DNA of 64,000 nt from Rhizobium sp. Q54 (lineage in GTDB: Bacteria > Pseudomonadota > Alphaproteobacteria > UBA2966 > CAIVPW01), in assembly GCA_945904955.1 (NCBI GenBank), contig CAMDPO010000001.1, positions 28,293 to 92,292 of the forward strand, given 5' to 3'. A model generated the notes under the pieces. It saw only the letters and a program-made list of their open reading frames with translations. It did not search any database and was not told the origin of the DNA. This document shows positions 11,770 to 22,161 of this stretch, in pieces; position 1 is the first letter of the stretch; every line of letters starts with the position of its first letter. Position numbers and translations under genes: made by a program.

Positions 11770-12927
11770 TTAGCGGCCGTTGGCAGCGGGAGCTGTGCGC
11801 GGAGGGGTGGGTTCCGCTATCAGCTCGAGGCGTGCGGTCTGGCTGCGGTCGCCGCGTGCGTAGGTAACCTCGACCTGTTCGCCGCGCCGGATCAGGGCGA
11901 GACGGTTGCGCAGATCGCGGGTATCGCGCACGTCAGTGCCGTTGAGGCGCGTGATGACGTCGCCGCGCTTCAGTCCGGCACGTTCGGCGCTCGAGCCTGG
12001 CTCGACCCCCATCACCACCGAGCCGCGGCCCGGCTGGCGATCGAGGCTGAGCTCGCGGATGACCGTCGCGGTCACGTCGGCGACTTCGACGCCGAGGCGG
12101 CCGCGCTGCACCTCGCCGAACTCGATGATCTGGGTCATGACGGCGCGTGCCATGTCGATCGAGACGGCGAAGCCGATGCCGATGTTGCCGCCCGGCCCGA
12201 GGATGGCAGTGTTGATGCCGATCAGCCGGCCATTGAGATCCAGCAGCGCACCGCCGGAGTTGCCCGGATTGATCGAGGCGTCGGTCTGGATGAAGTCTTC
12301 GTAGCCCTCGATGTTGAGGCCACCGCGGCCGAGCGCGCTGACGATGTCCGAGGTCACCGTCTGGCCGAGGCCGAACGGGTTGCCGACGGCGATGACGAAG
12401 TCGCCGACTTTGAGGCTGCTCGAGGTGCCGAGCGTCACGGCGGTGAGGTTGTTCGCGTCGACCTTGAGGACAGCGATGTCCGTCTCTGGGTCGGCGCCGA
12501 CCAGCTTGGCCTCGACTTGCCGCCCGTCCGTCAGGGTGACGTTGATGGTGGTGGCGTCTGCCACGACGTGGGCGTTGGTCAGGAGGTAGCCGTTGCGGGC
12601 ATCCACCACGACGCCGGAACCAGCCGACTGGAACGGGCGCTCGCGGGGCTGTTGCCCCTGCCCCTGCGCCCCGTCCGGGAGGAAGCGGCGGAAGAACGGG
12701 TCCTGCATCAGCGGGTTCTGCTGCTGCTGGCGCACGGTTCCTTCGACGGCGATGTTCACGACGCCGGGCGTCACCTTCTCGATGAGCGGCGCCAAGGTCG
12801 GGATGCCGCCGCGGGCTTCGTCGATAGGAAAGCCCGCCGCGATCACGGGGGAGGTCGCAAGCAACACGGCGAATGCCGCGGCGCCGGCGGCGTACTTGCC
12901 GGCCAGGGCCAGATTCGGAACCGGCAT
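11770..12927 (-). CDS. periplasmic serine endoprotease, DegP/HtrA family (single PDZ)
   Basis: Signal peptide and catalytic triad context (TNAHVV, GDFVIAVGNPFGLG, GNSGGAL), with one PDZ domain. Confidence 0.85.
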   Translation of the reverse strand: MPVPNLALAGKYAAGAAAFAVLLATSPVIAAGFPIDEARGGIPTLAPLIEKVTPGVVNIAVEGTVRQQQQNPLMQDPFFRRFLPDGAQGQGQQPRERPFQSAGSGVVVDARNGYLLTNAHVVADATTINVTLTDGRQVEAKLVGADPETDIAVLKVDANNLTAVTLGTSSSLKVGDFVIAVGNPFGLGQTVTSDIVSALGRGGLNIEGYEDFIQTDASINPGNSGGALLDLNGRLIGINTAILGPGGNIGIGFAVSIDMARAVMTQIIEFGEVQRGRLGVEVADVTATVIRELSLDRQPGRGSVVMGVEPGSSAERAGLKRGDVITRLNGTDVRDTRDLRNRLALIRRGEQVEVTYARGDRSQTARLELIAEPTPPRTAPAANGR

Positions 12928-13087
12928 GTTCGTCTCCTAGACTTGTGCGTTGGTGGGGTGACTTGAAATACGGGCGGACCCCGGCGCATCCAAGCCCTGC
13001 GACACCCGGCGATGCGCGCGAAAAGACCTGACCCTTGCGGGCGCCCCGGCTGGAATTCGGAGGTAGCCCGGCATAGGGTGCCCGACG

Positions 13088-14263
13088 ATGCGCGCGTTCG
13101 CCCTCATCGTTGCCGCCGGCCGCGGATCGCGCGTGGGGGGCGACATCCCCAAGCAGTACCTGCCTCTGGCCGGCGAAGCAGTGTTGCGCCATTCGCTGCG
13201 CACGTTCGCGAGCCATCCCGCCATCACCGGCACGCGCGCCGTCATCCACGGCGATGATCGCGTGCTGTATGACGCGGCGGCCAACGGAATGAACGTGCTG
13301 GCGCCGGTGACGGGCGGCGCGCTGCGTCAAGAATCGGTGCTGCGCGGGCTCGAAAGCCTGGCGGAACATGCTCCCGACGTCGTCCTGATCCACGACGGTG
13401 CGCGGCCGCTCATCAGTGCCGCCACCATCGGCTCGGTGCTGGACGGGCTGGCAACCCGTCCGGGCGCGATCGCGGCCATTCCCGTCCGCGACACCCTGAA
13501 GCGTGGCGCCGGCGACACGATTGCGGCGACCGTCGATCGCCGCGACCTGTGGCGCGCGCAGACGCCGCAAGGATTCCGCTTTGCCGATATCCTGGCGGCC
13601 CACCGCGCTGCCGCGGGCCGCGAACTCACCGACGACGCCCAGGTTGCCGAGCAGGCCGGCCTACCGGTGACCCTGGTGCACGACAGCGAGGACAACCTGA
13701 AGATCACGACACCGGCGGATCTGATGCGCGCCGAGGGCATCCTGGCGGCCGCGACGTCGCAATCTCTTGGCGACGTGCGCGTCGGCTCAGGCTTCGATGT
13801 GCACCGGTTCGGACCGGGCGACGCCGTCATGCTGTGCGGCGTACGCATTCCCTTCCACGCCGGCCTGGAAGGACATTCGGACGCCGACGTCGGCCTGCAT
13901 GCGCTGTGCGACGCACTGCTGGCGACCGTTGCCGCGGGTGACATCGGCCAGCACTTTTCGCCCAGCGACGCGCGCTGGCGCCATGCCGACTCGAGTCAGT
14001 TCGTCGCCTTTGCGGCGTCGCAGGTGCGCGAGCGTGGCGGCATCGTCGCCCACGTGGACATCACGGTGATCTGCGAAGCGCCAAAGGTTGCGCCCCATCG
14101 CGCGGCGATGAGCGCGCGCATTGCCGAGATCCTTGGCATCGCCGGCGACCGCGTCAGCGTCAAGGCGACGACGACCGAGCGGCTTGGCTTCACCGGCCGC
14201 GGCGAGGGCATCGCGGCGAGCGCGACGGCCACGGTGCGTCTGCCGTGGCGCGGCGGCCGATGA
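13088..14263 (+). CDS. ispDF: bifunctional 2-C-methyl-D-erythritol 4-phosphate cytidylyltransferase / 2-C-methyl-D-erythritol 2,4-cyclodiphosphate synthase
   Basis: N-terminal IspD motif ([16 protein letters not shown]) and C-terminal IspF motif ([14 protein letters not shown]). The fusion is typical of alphaproteobacteria. Confidence 0.92.
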   Translation: MRAFALIVAAGRGSRVGGDIPKQYLPLAGEAVLRHSLRTFASHPAITGTRAVIHGDDRVLYDAAANGMNVLAPVTGGALRQESVLRGLESLAEHAPDVVLIHDGARPLISAATIGSVLDGLATRPGAIAAIPVRDTLKRGAGDTIAATVDRRDLWRAQTPQGFRFADILAAHRAAAGRELTDDAQVAEQAGLPVTLVHDSEDNLKITTPADLMRAEGILAAATSQSLGDVRVGSGFDVHRFGPGDAVMLCGVRIPFHAGLEGHSDADVGLHALCDALLATVAAGDIGQHFSPSDARWRHADSSQFVAFAASQVRERGGIVAHVDITVICEAPKVAPHRAAMSARIAEILGIAGDRVSVKATTTERLGFTGRGEGIAASATATVRLPWRGGR

Positions 14264-14742
14264 GCCGGGTACCTCCCGGTCCGCCGCTCAACACGGCCTG
14301 GGCGCTGCTGGCGACCTGGTTCGGCGCCGGACGGCTGCCGTTCGCGCCGGGCACATGGGGCTCGTTGGCGGCGGTGCCGTTTGCGGCAGTGCTGCAGTGG
14401 CTGGGCGGCCCGTGGGCGATCGCGCTTGCCGCCTTCCTCCTTTTCTTCGTCGGCTTATGGGCCAGCTTGCGCTACGTCAAGGCGACCGGACGCAAGGATC
14501 CCCAGGACATCGTCATCGACGAGGTCGTCGGCCAGTGGATCGCGCTGATCCTCGCGCCCATCTCCCTCGAAGGAGTCTTGCTCGCGGTGGTGCTGTTCCG
14601 TGCCTTCGACATCGTCAAGCCCTGGCCGATCCGCTGGATCGAGCGGCGCTGGCCGGGACCGCTCGGCGTCATGCTCGACGACGTCGTCGCCGGATTGGCG
14701 GCGCTCGCGGTGATGGCCGTCGTGCGCTGGATCGGCGGATGA
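14245..14742 (+). CDS. pgpA: phosphatidylglycerophosphatase A
   Basis: 165 aa, PgpA motifs ([28 protein letters not shown]). Its stop overlaps the cinA start (ATGA). Confidence 0.8.
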   Translation: MARRPMSRVPPGPPLNTAWALLATWFGAGRLPFAPGTWGSLAAVPFAAVLQWLGGPWAIALAAFLLFFVGLWASLRYVKATGRKDPQDIVIDEVVGQWIALILAPISLEGVLLAVVLFRAFDIVKPWPIRWIERRWPGPLGVMLDDVVAGLAALAVMAVVRWIGG

Positions 14743-15242
14743 TCGCGCTCGATCCGGCGCTGGTGGCGCGCGCGGCAGAATTCATCGCAGCGTGCACGCG
14801 TGCCCAGCTCACCGTGGCGGTCGCCGAGTCGTGCACCGGCGGGCTGATGTCGGCGCTCCTCACCGACGTGCCGGGCGCGTCAGCGGTCGTGAAGCTCGGT
14901 GTCGTCACCTATTCCAACGAATCCAAGGTGAGCATGCTCAAGGTGCCGCAGCACGCCCTCGACGAGCACGGTGCGGTGAGCGCCCAGGTCGCCATTGCCA
15001 TGGCGCAAGGCGTGATCGCCGCCGGGGGCGCGCACCTCGCGGCAAGCATCACCGGCATCGCCGGTCCGCTCAGCGACAATACGTCCAAGCCCGTCGGGCT
15101 GGTTTACATCGCTGCGGTGCGGCGCGGCCAACAACCGGGCGTGCAGCGATTCCAGTTCGGCGCGATCGGCCGCGACAAGGTGCGCGCCGAGTCCGTCATT
15201 GCCGCTCTCACGATGCTCGAAGGCCTGTTGCAGCCCGCGTGA
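14739..15242 (+). CDS. CinA C-terminal domain protein (nicotinamide-nucleotide amidohydrolase PncC-like)
   Basis: The internal Met (residue 207 of ORF 14121..15242) gives a 167-aa protein with the AESCTGGL motif of the CinA/PncC deamidase domain. The upstream ORF extension overlaps pgpA out of frame. Confidence 0.8.
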   Translation: MIALDPALVARAAEFIAACTRAQLTVAVAESCTGGLMSALLTDVPGASAVVKLGVVTYSNESKVSMLKVPQHALDEHGAVSAQVAIAMAQGVIAAGGAHLAASITGIAGPLSDNTSKPVGLVYIAAVRRGQQPGVQRFQFGAIGRDKVRAESVIAALTMLEGLLQPA

Positions 15243-15964
15243 CCGACGAGCGGGATGACACGAACGCCGTGCGCGGCAGCGACGTGCTGCGCGCAATCTT
15301 GTCGGTCGCGGGCCTCAGCATCGGCCTCGGTGTCACCATGCTGTTCGCCTACAGCGTGCTGGTCGTGTTCGGCTACGAGGGCACGTCGTTCCTGTCGCTG
15401 CCCATTGTACTGGCGCTTGAATCGGTTGCCATCCTCGGCGGCATCTACTTCGCCCTGGTGCGCACGGGGCGGCTGACGTGGCGCGACCTTGGTTGGGTTC
15501 CAGTAGCGCCGGGGTGGCTGGTGGTGGCGGGGCTCACCAGCCTCGCCATCTACGCGGCGGCGATCGCCCTTGTCACCCTCGCCCGCACCATCCTCGGCGA
15601 CGCGGGGTTCGGTGTCACGCCGCCGCTGATGGAGGTGTTCCCGCGTTCGCTGCTCGGATTCATCGGCAGCTTCGTGTTTGGCGCCATCACGGTGCCGATC
15701 GCCGAGGAGTTCCTGTTCCGCGGCCTGCTGTTTCGCTGGCTGCGCAACCGTTGGGGGTTCGCAGCGGGTGCGTTCGTGAGCGCGCTGGTTTTTGCATTGG
15801 CGCATCCGCCGGCGTCGGGCTCGGCGCCGCTCATCTTCCTGATCGGCCTGGCCCTCGCCTACTTCTATGAGCGCTCCGGCTCCCTGTGGCCGAGCATGGT
15901 CCTGCACGGCGTCAACAACGCCGTCGGCATCGCGTTCATCTACCTGACGATCTGGGTCGCATAG
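15239..15964 (+). CDS. CPBP family intramembrane metalloprotease (CAAX protease / Abi-like), copy 1
   Basis: Multi-pass TM protein with the EExxFR motif (IAEEFLFRGLL), FxxxH (FALAH) and a distal His (VLHGVNN). The GTG start overlaps the cinA stop (GTGA). The start is uncertain. Confidence 0.65.
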   Translation: MTDERDDTNAVRGSDVLRAILSVAGLSIGLGVTMLFAYSVLVVFGYEGTSFLSLPIVLALESVAILGGIYFALVRTGRLTWRDLGWVPVAPGWLVVAGLTSLAIYAAAIALVTLARTILGDAGFGVTPPLMEVFPRSLLGFIGSFVFGAITVPIAEEFLFRGLLFRWLRNRWGFAAGAFVSALVFALAHPPASGSAPLIFLIGLALAYFYERSGSLWPSMVLHGVNNAVGIAFIYLTIWVA

Positions 15965-16002
15965 GTCTCCGCGTGTCGCCGCCCATCGCTCGCGCACCGA
16001 TC

Positions 16003-16629
16003 ATGACCGCCGGCCAGGTTTTGGCGATCTTCGTGATCGACCGTGCCTTGGAGTGGGTCGCCGGCTTCAGCCTCTACTTCTTGGATGAGGATCCGGAGAC
16101 ATTCCGGATCGCGACCAACGTCTGGTACGTCGTCCTGGGTGTCGCACCATTTGCGATCGTCGCCGCAGTGCTGCGCGGTGTCTCGTGGCACGAGCTCGGT
16201 TGGCGGCCGGCACCGCGCCGGTGGTACGGCGCGGCGCTGCTCGCCGTGCTCGTCTACTGGGTCGGATCAGGGATCGTGAACGCGCTGTTGCCGGAGATGG
16301 GCGAACCGGCCGCAGAGACCCTCTCGCAGTTTGGCGGCCGTTCCATTCTTGAAGTGTTGGTGATCACGGCGGTTGCGGGTCCGTTGGCCGAGGAACTGCT
16401 GTTCCGCGGAGTGCTGTACCGCTGGCTGCGCGACCGCTGGGGTGTTGTGGCCGCAGTCGTCCTCAGCAGCGCTACGTTTGCCCTTGCGCACGATGACCGC
16501 GCGTCGATCGGGCTCTTCGGATTTGGGGTGCTGATGGCGCTCTTGTATGAGCGATCAGGCTCACTCTATGTGGCGGTGTTCGCTCACGTGGTGACCAACG
16601 TGCTGCTCGTACTAATTTACGCGCTCTAG
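16003..16629 (+). CDS. CPBP family intramembrane metalloprotease, copy 2 (tandem paralog)
   Basis: Same motif set (LAEELLFRGVL, FALAH, FAHVVTN). ATG at 16003, with an alternative GTG at 15973. Confidence 0.65.
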   Translation: MTAGQVLAIFVIDRALEWVAGFSLYFLDEDPETFRIATNVWYVVLGVAPFAIVAAVLRGVSWHELGWRPAPRRWYGAALLAVLVYWVGSGIVNALLPEMGEPAAETLSQFGGRSILEVLVITAVAGPLAEELLFRGVLYRWLRDRWGVVAAVVLSSATFALAHDDRASIGLFGFGVLMALLYERSGSLYVAVFAHVVTNVLLVLIYAL

Positions 16630-17123
16630 GGAGCGCGACGAGCAGCGCCGCGCAGGGACGACCCCTCTGTGCCACTGCGTTTGGCCTTCGGGGCTGCGCG
16701 ATACAGCTCGGCGGCGCGCGCCTCGAACGACGCGACCATGTGGTGGACGGCGCGGTGGAAGACGGCGCCCATCATCGTCTGCAGCAGGAAGCTCTTGAAG
16801 GCGAAGTCGATGGTGAAGTCGACCTTGCAGCCGCCCTTGTCGCGCGAGAACTCCCAGACGTTGTCGAGAAACTTGAACGGGCCTTTGATGCCGACGACTT
16901 CGATCTTGCGCGGCCGTTCGAGCAGCACTTTCGACGTGTAGGTCTCGTGGAGAGGTCCGTAGCCGATGCGGAGGTCGGCGATGGCTTCGCCGTCCTTGCG
17001 CTCGACGATTAGGGCGTTGGTGCACCACGGCAGAAAATCGGGGTACTTCTCGATGTCCGCCACCATGTCGAAGATTTGGGTGGGCGTGTACGGAAGGACG
17101 CGGCTTTCCTTGTGGTGATGCAT
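16626..17123 (-). CDS. ratA: SRPBCC-fold RatA-family protein (type II toxin RatA-like / CoQ-binding COQ10-like)
   Basis: 165 aa with the polyketide-cyclase/SRPBCC signature at the N-terminus (VLPYTPTQIFDMVADIEKYPDFLPWC). Its start overlaps the lipA stop by 1 nt, and its 3' end overlaps the convergent CPBP gene by 4 nt. Confidence 0.75.
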   Translation of the reverse strand: MHHHKESRVLPYTPTQIFDMVADIEKYPDFLPWCTNALIVERKDGEAIADLRIGYGPLHETYTSKVLLERPRKIEVVGIKGPFKFLDNVWEFSRDKGGCKVDFTIDFAFKSFLLQTMMGAVFHRAVHHMVASFEARAAELYRAAPKAKRSGTEGSSLRGAARRAP

Positions 17124-18061
17124 TAGGCGAGCGCCGCCGCGCGCGCGGCTTTGAGCCGCGCGAAGTCGTCGCCAGCGTGATACGACGAGCGCGTCAGCGG
17201 CGAACAGGCGGCAAGGAGAAAGCCCTTGCCCATCGCGTAGCGCTGCAGCTCCTCGAATTCCTCCGGCGTGACGAAACGATCGACGTGCGCGTGCTTCGGC
17301 GTCGGCTGCAGGTACTGGCCGATGGTGAGGAAGTCGACCTCGGCGGAGCGCATGTCATCCATGACCTGCAGCACCTCGGCCTTGGTCTCGCCGAGGCCGA
17401 CCATAAGGCCGGACTTGGTGAAGATCATCGGGTCGCGTTCCTTTACTTCCTGCAGCAAGCGCAGGGAGTGGAAGTAGCGCGCGCCCGGGCGGATGGTCGG
17501 GTACAGACGCGGCACCGTCTCGACGTTGTGGTTGTAGACGTCGGGCTTGGCGGCGACGACCGCGGCGATGGCGCCGTCCTTGCGCAGGAAGTCGGGCGTC
17601 AGGACCTCGATGGTGGTGCCGGGCGCCTCGGCGCGCAGGCGTTGGATGACTTTGACGAAGTGCCCCGAGCCGCCGTCATCGAGGTCGTCGCGATCGACGG
17701 ACGTGACGACGACGTGGGTGAGGCCGAGCTTCTTGATCGACAACGCGACGTTGTCGGGCTCGAACGGATCGACATGGCCGGGCTTGCCGGTGGCGACGTT
17801 GCAGAACGAGCAGGCGCGCGTGCAGACCTCGCCGAGGATCATCACCGTGGCGTGGCCTTGGCTCCAGCATTCGCCGATGTTGGGGCACGCGGCTTCCTCG
17901 CACACGGTGTGCAGGTTGGCCTCGCGCATCAAACGGCGGGTCCGGTGGTAGCCCTCCGAGGTCGGCGCCTTGACGCGAATCCAGGGCGGCTTCGGCGTGC
18001 GCGCGCTTTGGGGCGTGCGCTGAGGCGCCGGCGGGGCAACGATGGTTTCGGTGTCGCTCAC
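17123..18061 (-). CDS. lipA: lipoyl synthase
   Basis: Radical-SAM CxxxCxxC (CTRACSFC) and the auxiliary cluster cysteines ([12 protein letters not shown]). The GTG start at 18061 is preceded by GAGG and avoids overlap with the lpdA stop. Confidence 0.9.
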   Translation of the reverse strand: MSDTETIVAPPAPQRTPQSARTPKPPWIRVKAPTSEGYHRTRRLMREANLHTVCEEAACPNIGECWSQGHATVMILGEVCTRACSFCNVATGKPGHVDPFEPDNVALSIKKLGLTHVVVTSVDRDDLDDGGSGHFVKVIQRLRAEAPGTTIEVLTPDFLRKDGAIAAVVAAKPDVYNHNVETVPRLYPTIRPGARYFHSLRLLQEVKERDPMIFTKSGLMVGLGETKAEVLQVMDDMRSAEVDFLTIGQYLQPTPKHAHVDRFVTPEEFEELQRYAMGKGFLLAACSPLTRSSYHAGDDFARLKAARAAALA

Positions 18062-18068
18062 GGTTGCC

Positions 18069-19475
18069 TCACAAATGTATCCGCCGCCCGAGGGCGTCAA
18101 GCACGGACTCGTGCATCATCTCGGACAGCGTCGGATGCGGGAAGATGGTTTCGGCAAGGGCCGCCGCCGTCGTCTCGTGGGTTTTGGCGATGACGTAGCC
18201 GTGGATCAACTCGGTGACCTCGGCGCCGATCATGTGGGCGCCCAGGAGCTCGCCGGTCTTGGCGTCGAACACCGTCTTCACCAGGCCTTCCGGCTCGCCC
18301 ATGGCGATCGCCTTGCCGTTGCCGAGGTACGGGAAGCGGCCGACCTTCACCTCGCTTCCTCTCTCTTTGGCCTCCGCCCTGGCCTTGGCTTCGGTCAGGC
18401 CGACACTGGCGATCTGGGGCATGGAATATGTGCAGCCCGGGATGGACGTGACGTCCAGCGGATGCGGGTCCTTGCCGGCGATGCGCTCGACGCAGACGAC
18501 GCCTTCGTGGCTCGCCTTGTGTGCCAGCCACGGCGGGCCGACCAGGTCGCCGATGGCATAGACGCCTTTGACGCCGGTCTCACCCCACTGGTTCACCACG
18601 ACGTGGGTCTTGTCGATCTTCACGCCCGCGGCTTCGAGGCCGATGTTCTCGACGTTGCCGACGATACCGACCGCAGAGATGATGCGCTCGACTTCGATGC
18701 GTTGCTCGCCATTGGGAGTCTCGAGGGTCGCGGTAACTCCGTCGGCGCTCTTCTTGAGCCCGCCGACCTTCGACTTGGTGTGCAGCACGATGCCTTGCGC
18801 CGTGAACTGCTTGGCGGCGAAGGCGGAGATCTCTTCGTCTTCGACGGGCAGGATGCGATCAAGCAACTCGACGACCGTCACGGCGGCGCCCATCTGTCGG
18901 TAGAAGCTGGCGAACTCGATGCCGATGGCGCCGGAGCCGACAACCAGTAGCGACTTGGGCATGGCAGTGGGCACCATCGCCTCGCGGTAGGTCCAGATGC
19001 GATCCCCGTCTGCCTCGAGGCCGGGCAGCTGGCGGGCGCGCGCGCCGGTGGCGAGAATGATGTGCGGCGCGGAGAGTTCCGCGACGGGCTTTCCATCTTT
19101 CTCGACGGCGATGGTGTTCGGCGCGCTAAGACGGCCGCGGCCGTCGATCACTTTCACCTTGTTCTTCTTGAGCAGGCCGCTGACGCCCAGGGACAGCCGC
19201 CGCGCCACCTTGCGGCTGCGTGCGACGACCTTGGCCATGTCGAAGCGGATGTTGTCGACCGCGAAGCCGAACTCGTCGAGGTGATGCAGGAGGTGATGAA
19301 TCTCGGAGGCGCGCAGAAGCGCTTTGGTCGGGATGCAGCCCCAGTTGAGGCAGATGCCGCCGAGATGGTCGGACTCGACCAGTGCGGTGTTCATGCCGAG
19401 CTGGGCCGCGCGGATCGCAGCGACGTACCCGCCAGGCCCGCCGCCCACGACGACGAGATCGAATTCGTCAGCCAT
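18069..19475 (-). CDS. lpdA: dihydrolipoyl dehydrogenase (E3)
   Basis: FAD motif GGGPGGY, redox disulfide [12 protein letters not shown], and a C-terminal dimerisation domain with HPTLSE. Confidence 0.92.
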   Translation of the reverse strand: MADEFDLVVVGGGPGGYVAAIRAAQLGMNTALVESDHLGGICLNWGCIPTKALLRASEIHHLLHHLDEFGFAVDNIRFDMAKVVARSRKVARRLSLGVSGLLKKNKVKVIDGRGRLSAPNTIAVEKDGKPVAELSAPHIILATGARARQLPGLEADGDRIWTYREAMVPTAMPKSLLVVGSGAIGIEFASFYRQMGAAVTVVELLDRILPVEDEEISAFAAKQFTAQGIVLHTKSKVGGLKKSADGVTATLETPNGEQRIEVERIISAVGIVGNVENIGLEAAGVKIDKTHVVVNQWGETGVKGVYAIGDLVGPPWLAHKASHEGVVCVERIAGKDPHPLDVTSIPGCTYSMPQIASVGLTEAKARAEAKERGSEVKVGRFPYLGNGKAIAMGEPEGLVKTVFDAKTGELLGAHMIGAEVTELIHGYVIAKTHETTAAALAETIFPHPTLSEMMHESVLDALGRRIHL

Positions 19476-19579
19476 CTTCTTGGATGCGCGCTATCCGCAC
19501 GCCAGGTCTTCGCCGCTGACGTTGCTGGCGACGGCGTGCAGGTACTGCTTTGCCACATCGACGTTGTTCATGGAGTCTT

Positions 19580-20791
19580 TCACAGCAGCATGGTCATCGG
19601 CTCCTCGAGGAAGCCTTTGACCGCCGTGAGGAATTGCGCGCCGATGGCGCCGTCGACGACGCGATGGTCGCACGACAGGGTGCAGCTCATGACGGTGCCG
19701 ATGGCGAGCGCACCGTGCTTGACGATGGGCCGCTTCTCGGCGGCGCCCACCGCGAGAATGCCGGCCTGGGGCGGATTGACGATCGCGCCGAAGTCCTTGA
19801 TGCCGTACATGCCAAGGTTGGAGATGGCGAAGCCGCCGCCCTGGTACTCCTCGGGCATCAGCTTGCCGGCGCGCGCCTTCTCGGCGAGCGCGCGCATCTC
19901 GGCCGAGATTTCGGCGAGACCCTTGGCGTCGGCGCGCCGGATGATCGGCGTGATGAGGCCGTTGGGCAGCGCGACGGCGATCGCAACGTCGATCGATGAC
20001 AGGCGCAGCGTGCCGGCCGTGGTCCACTGCGAGTTCATCTCCGGCACCTTGCGCAAGGCGAACGCGACGGCGCGGATGACGAAGTCGTTGACGCTGAGTT
20101 TCGTTCCTTCGCCCGCGCGCGCATTGAGTTCGGCGCGCGCCTCCATGAGGCGATCGACGATGCAATCGACGTTCAGGTAGATGTGCGGGATCGTCCGCCA
20201 CGCTTCGCTGAGACGCTCCGCGGTGATGCGGCGGACGTTGTTGTATGGGAGCAGAGTGCCCGCTTCGCTCGGCGACGCCGGCGCCTTTGCAGCGACGGCC
20301 GCCCGCGACGCGCCGGCAAGGTCGCGCTGCACGACGCGGCCGCCGGGGCCGGAGCCCTTCAGCGACGCAAGATCGATGCTTTGCTCTTTGGCGAGCTTGC
20401 GCGCGAGCGGACTCGCCAGGACACGGGCCGAGCCGTTTGGCTTGGGAGCGGCGACCGAAGTCGCGGCGGGCGATGCGACCGCCGCGGGCCTGGCAACCGG
20501 CGCCGTCGCTGCCGGCTTCGGTGCGCGATCGAGGACGGACTTGTCCTCGCCCTCTTCGAGCAGCATGGCGATGACGCTGTTGACCTTCACGCCGGCGGCG
20601 CCGGCGGGGACGACGATGCGGCCCAACGTGCCGGCGTCGACGGCTTCGAGTTCCATGGTCGCCTTGTCGGTCTCGATCTCGGCGATGACGTCGCCCGCCT
20701 TGACCACGTCCCCTTCCCGCTTGTGCCACGTCGCCAGGCGGCCTTCGGTCATGGTCGGCGACAACGCCGGCATGGTGACGGGAATCGGCAC
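19580..20791 (-). CDS. pdhC: pyruvate dehydrogenase complex dihydrolipoamide acetyltransferase (E2)
   Basis: Lipoyl domain ([13 protein letters not shown]), Ala/Pro-rich linker, E3-binding domain and catalytic domain (SCDHRVVDG). Confidence 0.9.
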   Translation of the reverse strand: MPIPVTMPALSPTMTEGRLATWHKREGDVVKAGDVIAEIETDKATMELEAVDAGTLGRIVVPAGAAGVKVNSVIAMLLEEGEDKSVLDRAPKPAATAPVARPAAVASPAATSVAAPKPNGSARVLASPLARKLAKEQSIDLASLKGSGPGGRVVQRDLAGASRAAVAAKAPASPSEAGTLLPYNNVRRITAERLSEAWRTIPHIYLNVDCIVDRLMEARAELNARAGEGTKLSVNDFVIRAVAFALRKVPEMNSQWTTAGTLRLSSIDVAIAVALPNGLITPIIRRADAKGLAEISAEMRALAEKARAGKLMPEEYQGGGFAISNLGMYGIKDFGAIVNPPQAGILAVGAAEKRPIVKHGALAIGTVMSCTLSCDHRVVDGAIGAQFLTAVKGFLEEPMTMLL

Positions 20792-22161
20792 TAGCGGTAC
20801 AGTACGGCCTTCGCCGCCGCGACGACGTGCTCGGGTTTCGGCAGCGCGAGCTTCTCGAGGTTGGCAGCGTAGGGCAGCGGCACGTCCTGGCCGGTGACGC
20901 GCGTCGGCGGCGCGTCGAGGTCGTCGAACGCGTGCTGCACGACCAGCGCGGCGATCTCGGCGCCGAGGCCGGCGGTCGGCCAGCCCTCTTCAACCGAGAC
21001 GATGCGGTTGGTCTTGCGCACCGACGCGAGGATGGTGTCGAGGTCGAGCGGGCGGAGGGTGCGCAGGTCGATGACCTCCGCTTCGATGCCATCCTTGGCG
21101 AGCTCGTCGGCCGCCGCGAGCGAATGCGCGACGCTGAGCGAGTGCGCCACAATGGTGACGTGCCTGCCCTCACGGGCGATACGCGCCTTGCCGATGGGAA
21201 TCACGTAGTCGCCGGTCGGCACTTCGAACGAGCGGCCGTAAAGCAGCTCGTTCTCCAGGAACACGACCGGGTTCGGATCGCGGATGGCCGCCTTGAGCAG
21301 GCCCTTCGCGTCGGCCGCCGTGTACGGCGAAATCACCTTCAGCCCCGGCACGCTGGCGTACCACGCGGCGAAGTCCTGGGAGTGCTGCGCGGCGACGCGC
21401 GCGGCGGGTCCGTTCGGTCCCCGGAACACGATCGGCACCGGCATCTGGCCGCCCGACATGTAGAGGGTCTTCGCCGCCGAATTGACGATGTGATCCATCG
21501 CCTGCATGGCGAAGTTGAACGTCATGAACTCGACGATCGGCTTGAGCCCCGCGTAGGCAGCGCCGACGCCAACGCCGGCGAAGCCGTACTCGGTGATCGG
21601 CGTATCGACGACGCGACGCGGACCGAACTCGGCGAGCAAGCCCTGGCTGACCTTGTAGGCGCCCTCGTATTGCGCGACCTCTTCGCCCATCAGGAAGACG
21701 TCGGGGTCGCGGCGCATCTCTTCGGCCATGGCGTCGCGCAACGCTTCACGCACGGTCTGCGTCACCATGGCACCAGCGGCCGCAGGCTCCGTCGACTGGG
21801 CCTTCGGCTTGGTGGGCTCCTTGATCGGCACCGGCTTTTGCGCAGGCGGCGCCTTGACGGGCTTCGGCTCCGGAGCGGGCCCCTTGGGCGGCGCCTTGTC
21901 GAGCGCTTCCTTGCCCTCGCCGTCATTCAGGAGGAGCGCGATGATTTCGTTCACCGGCACATCGTTGGTGCCTTCCGGGACAACGACTCTACCGAACACG
22001 CCATCGTCGGCAGCTTCCAGCTCCATGGTCGCCTTGTCGGTCTCGATTTCGGCAATCACGTCGCCGCTGGCCACCTTCTCGCCGACCGACTTGCGCCAGC
22101 GCGCGATGCGCCCGTGAGTCATGGTCGGCGACAACGCCGGCATGCGGACGGCGGTGGGCAC
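20791..22161 (-). CDS. pdhB: pyruvate dehydrogenase E1 beta subunit with N-terminal lipoyl domain
   Basis: N-terminal lipoyl domain ([11 protein letters not shown]), PK-rich linker, then the transketolase-like E1 beta core. This is the typical alphaproteobacterial form. Confidence 0.9.
   Translation of the reverse strand: MPTAVRMPALSPTMTHGRIARWRKSVGEKVASGDVIAEIETDKATMELEAADDGVFGRVVVPEGTNDVPVNEIIALLLNDGEGKEALDKAPPKGPAPEPKPVKAPPAQKPVPIKEPTKPKAQSTEPAAAGAMVTQTVREALRDAMAEEMRRDPDVFLMGEEVAQYEGAYKVSQGLLAEFGPRRVVDTPITEYGFAGVGVGAAYAGLKPIVEFMTFNFAMQAMDHIVNSAAKTLYMSGGQMPVPIVFRGPNGPAARVAAQHSQDFAAWYASVPGLKVISPYTAADAKGLLKAAIRDPNPVVFLENELLYGRSFEVPTGDYVIPIGKARIAREGRHVTIVAHSLSVAHSLAAADELAKDGIEAEVIDLRTLRPLDLDTILASVRKTNRIVSVEEGWPTAGLGAEIAALVVQHAFDDLDAPPTRVTGQDVPLPYAANLEKLALPKPEHVVAAAKAVLYR

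Noticed and set aside
11933-13603. 556-aa minus-strand ORF
   Set aside because: It overlaps degP in frame +1 and is antisense to ispDF. Its product is an Arg/Pro/Gly-rich low-complexity translation.
14121-14738. N-terminal 206-codon extension of the cinA ORF
   Set aside because: It overlaps pgpA out of frame and is Arg/Ala-rich. The internal ATG at 14739 overlapping the pgpA stop gives a CinA domain of canonical size.
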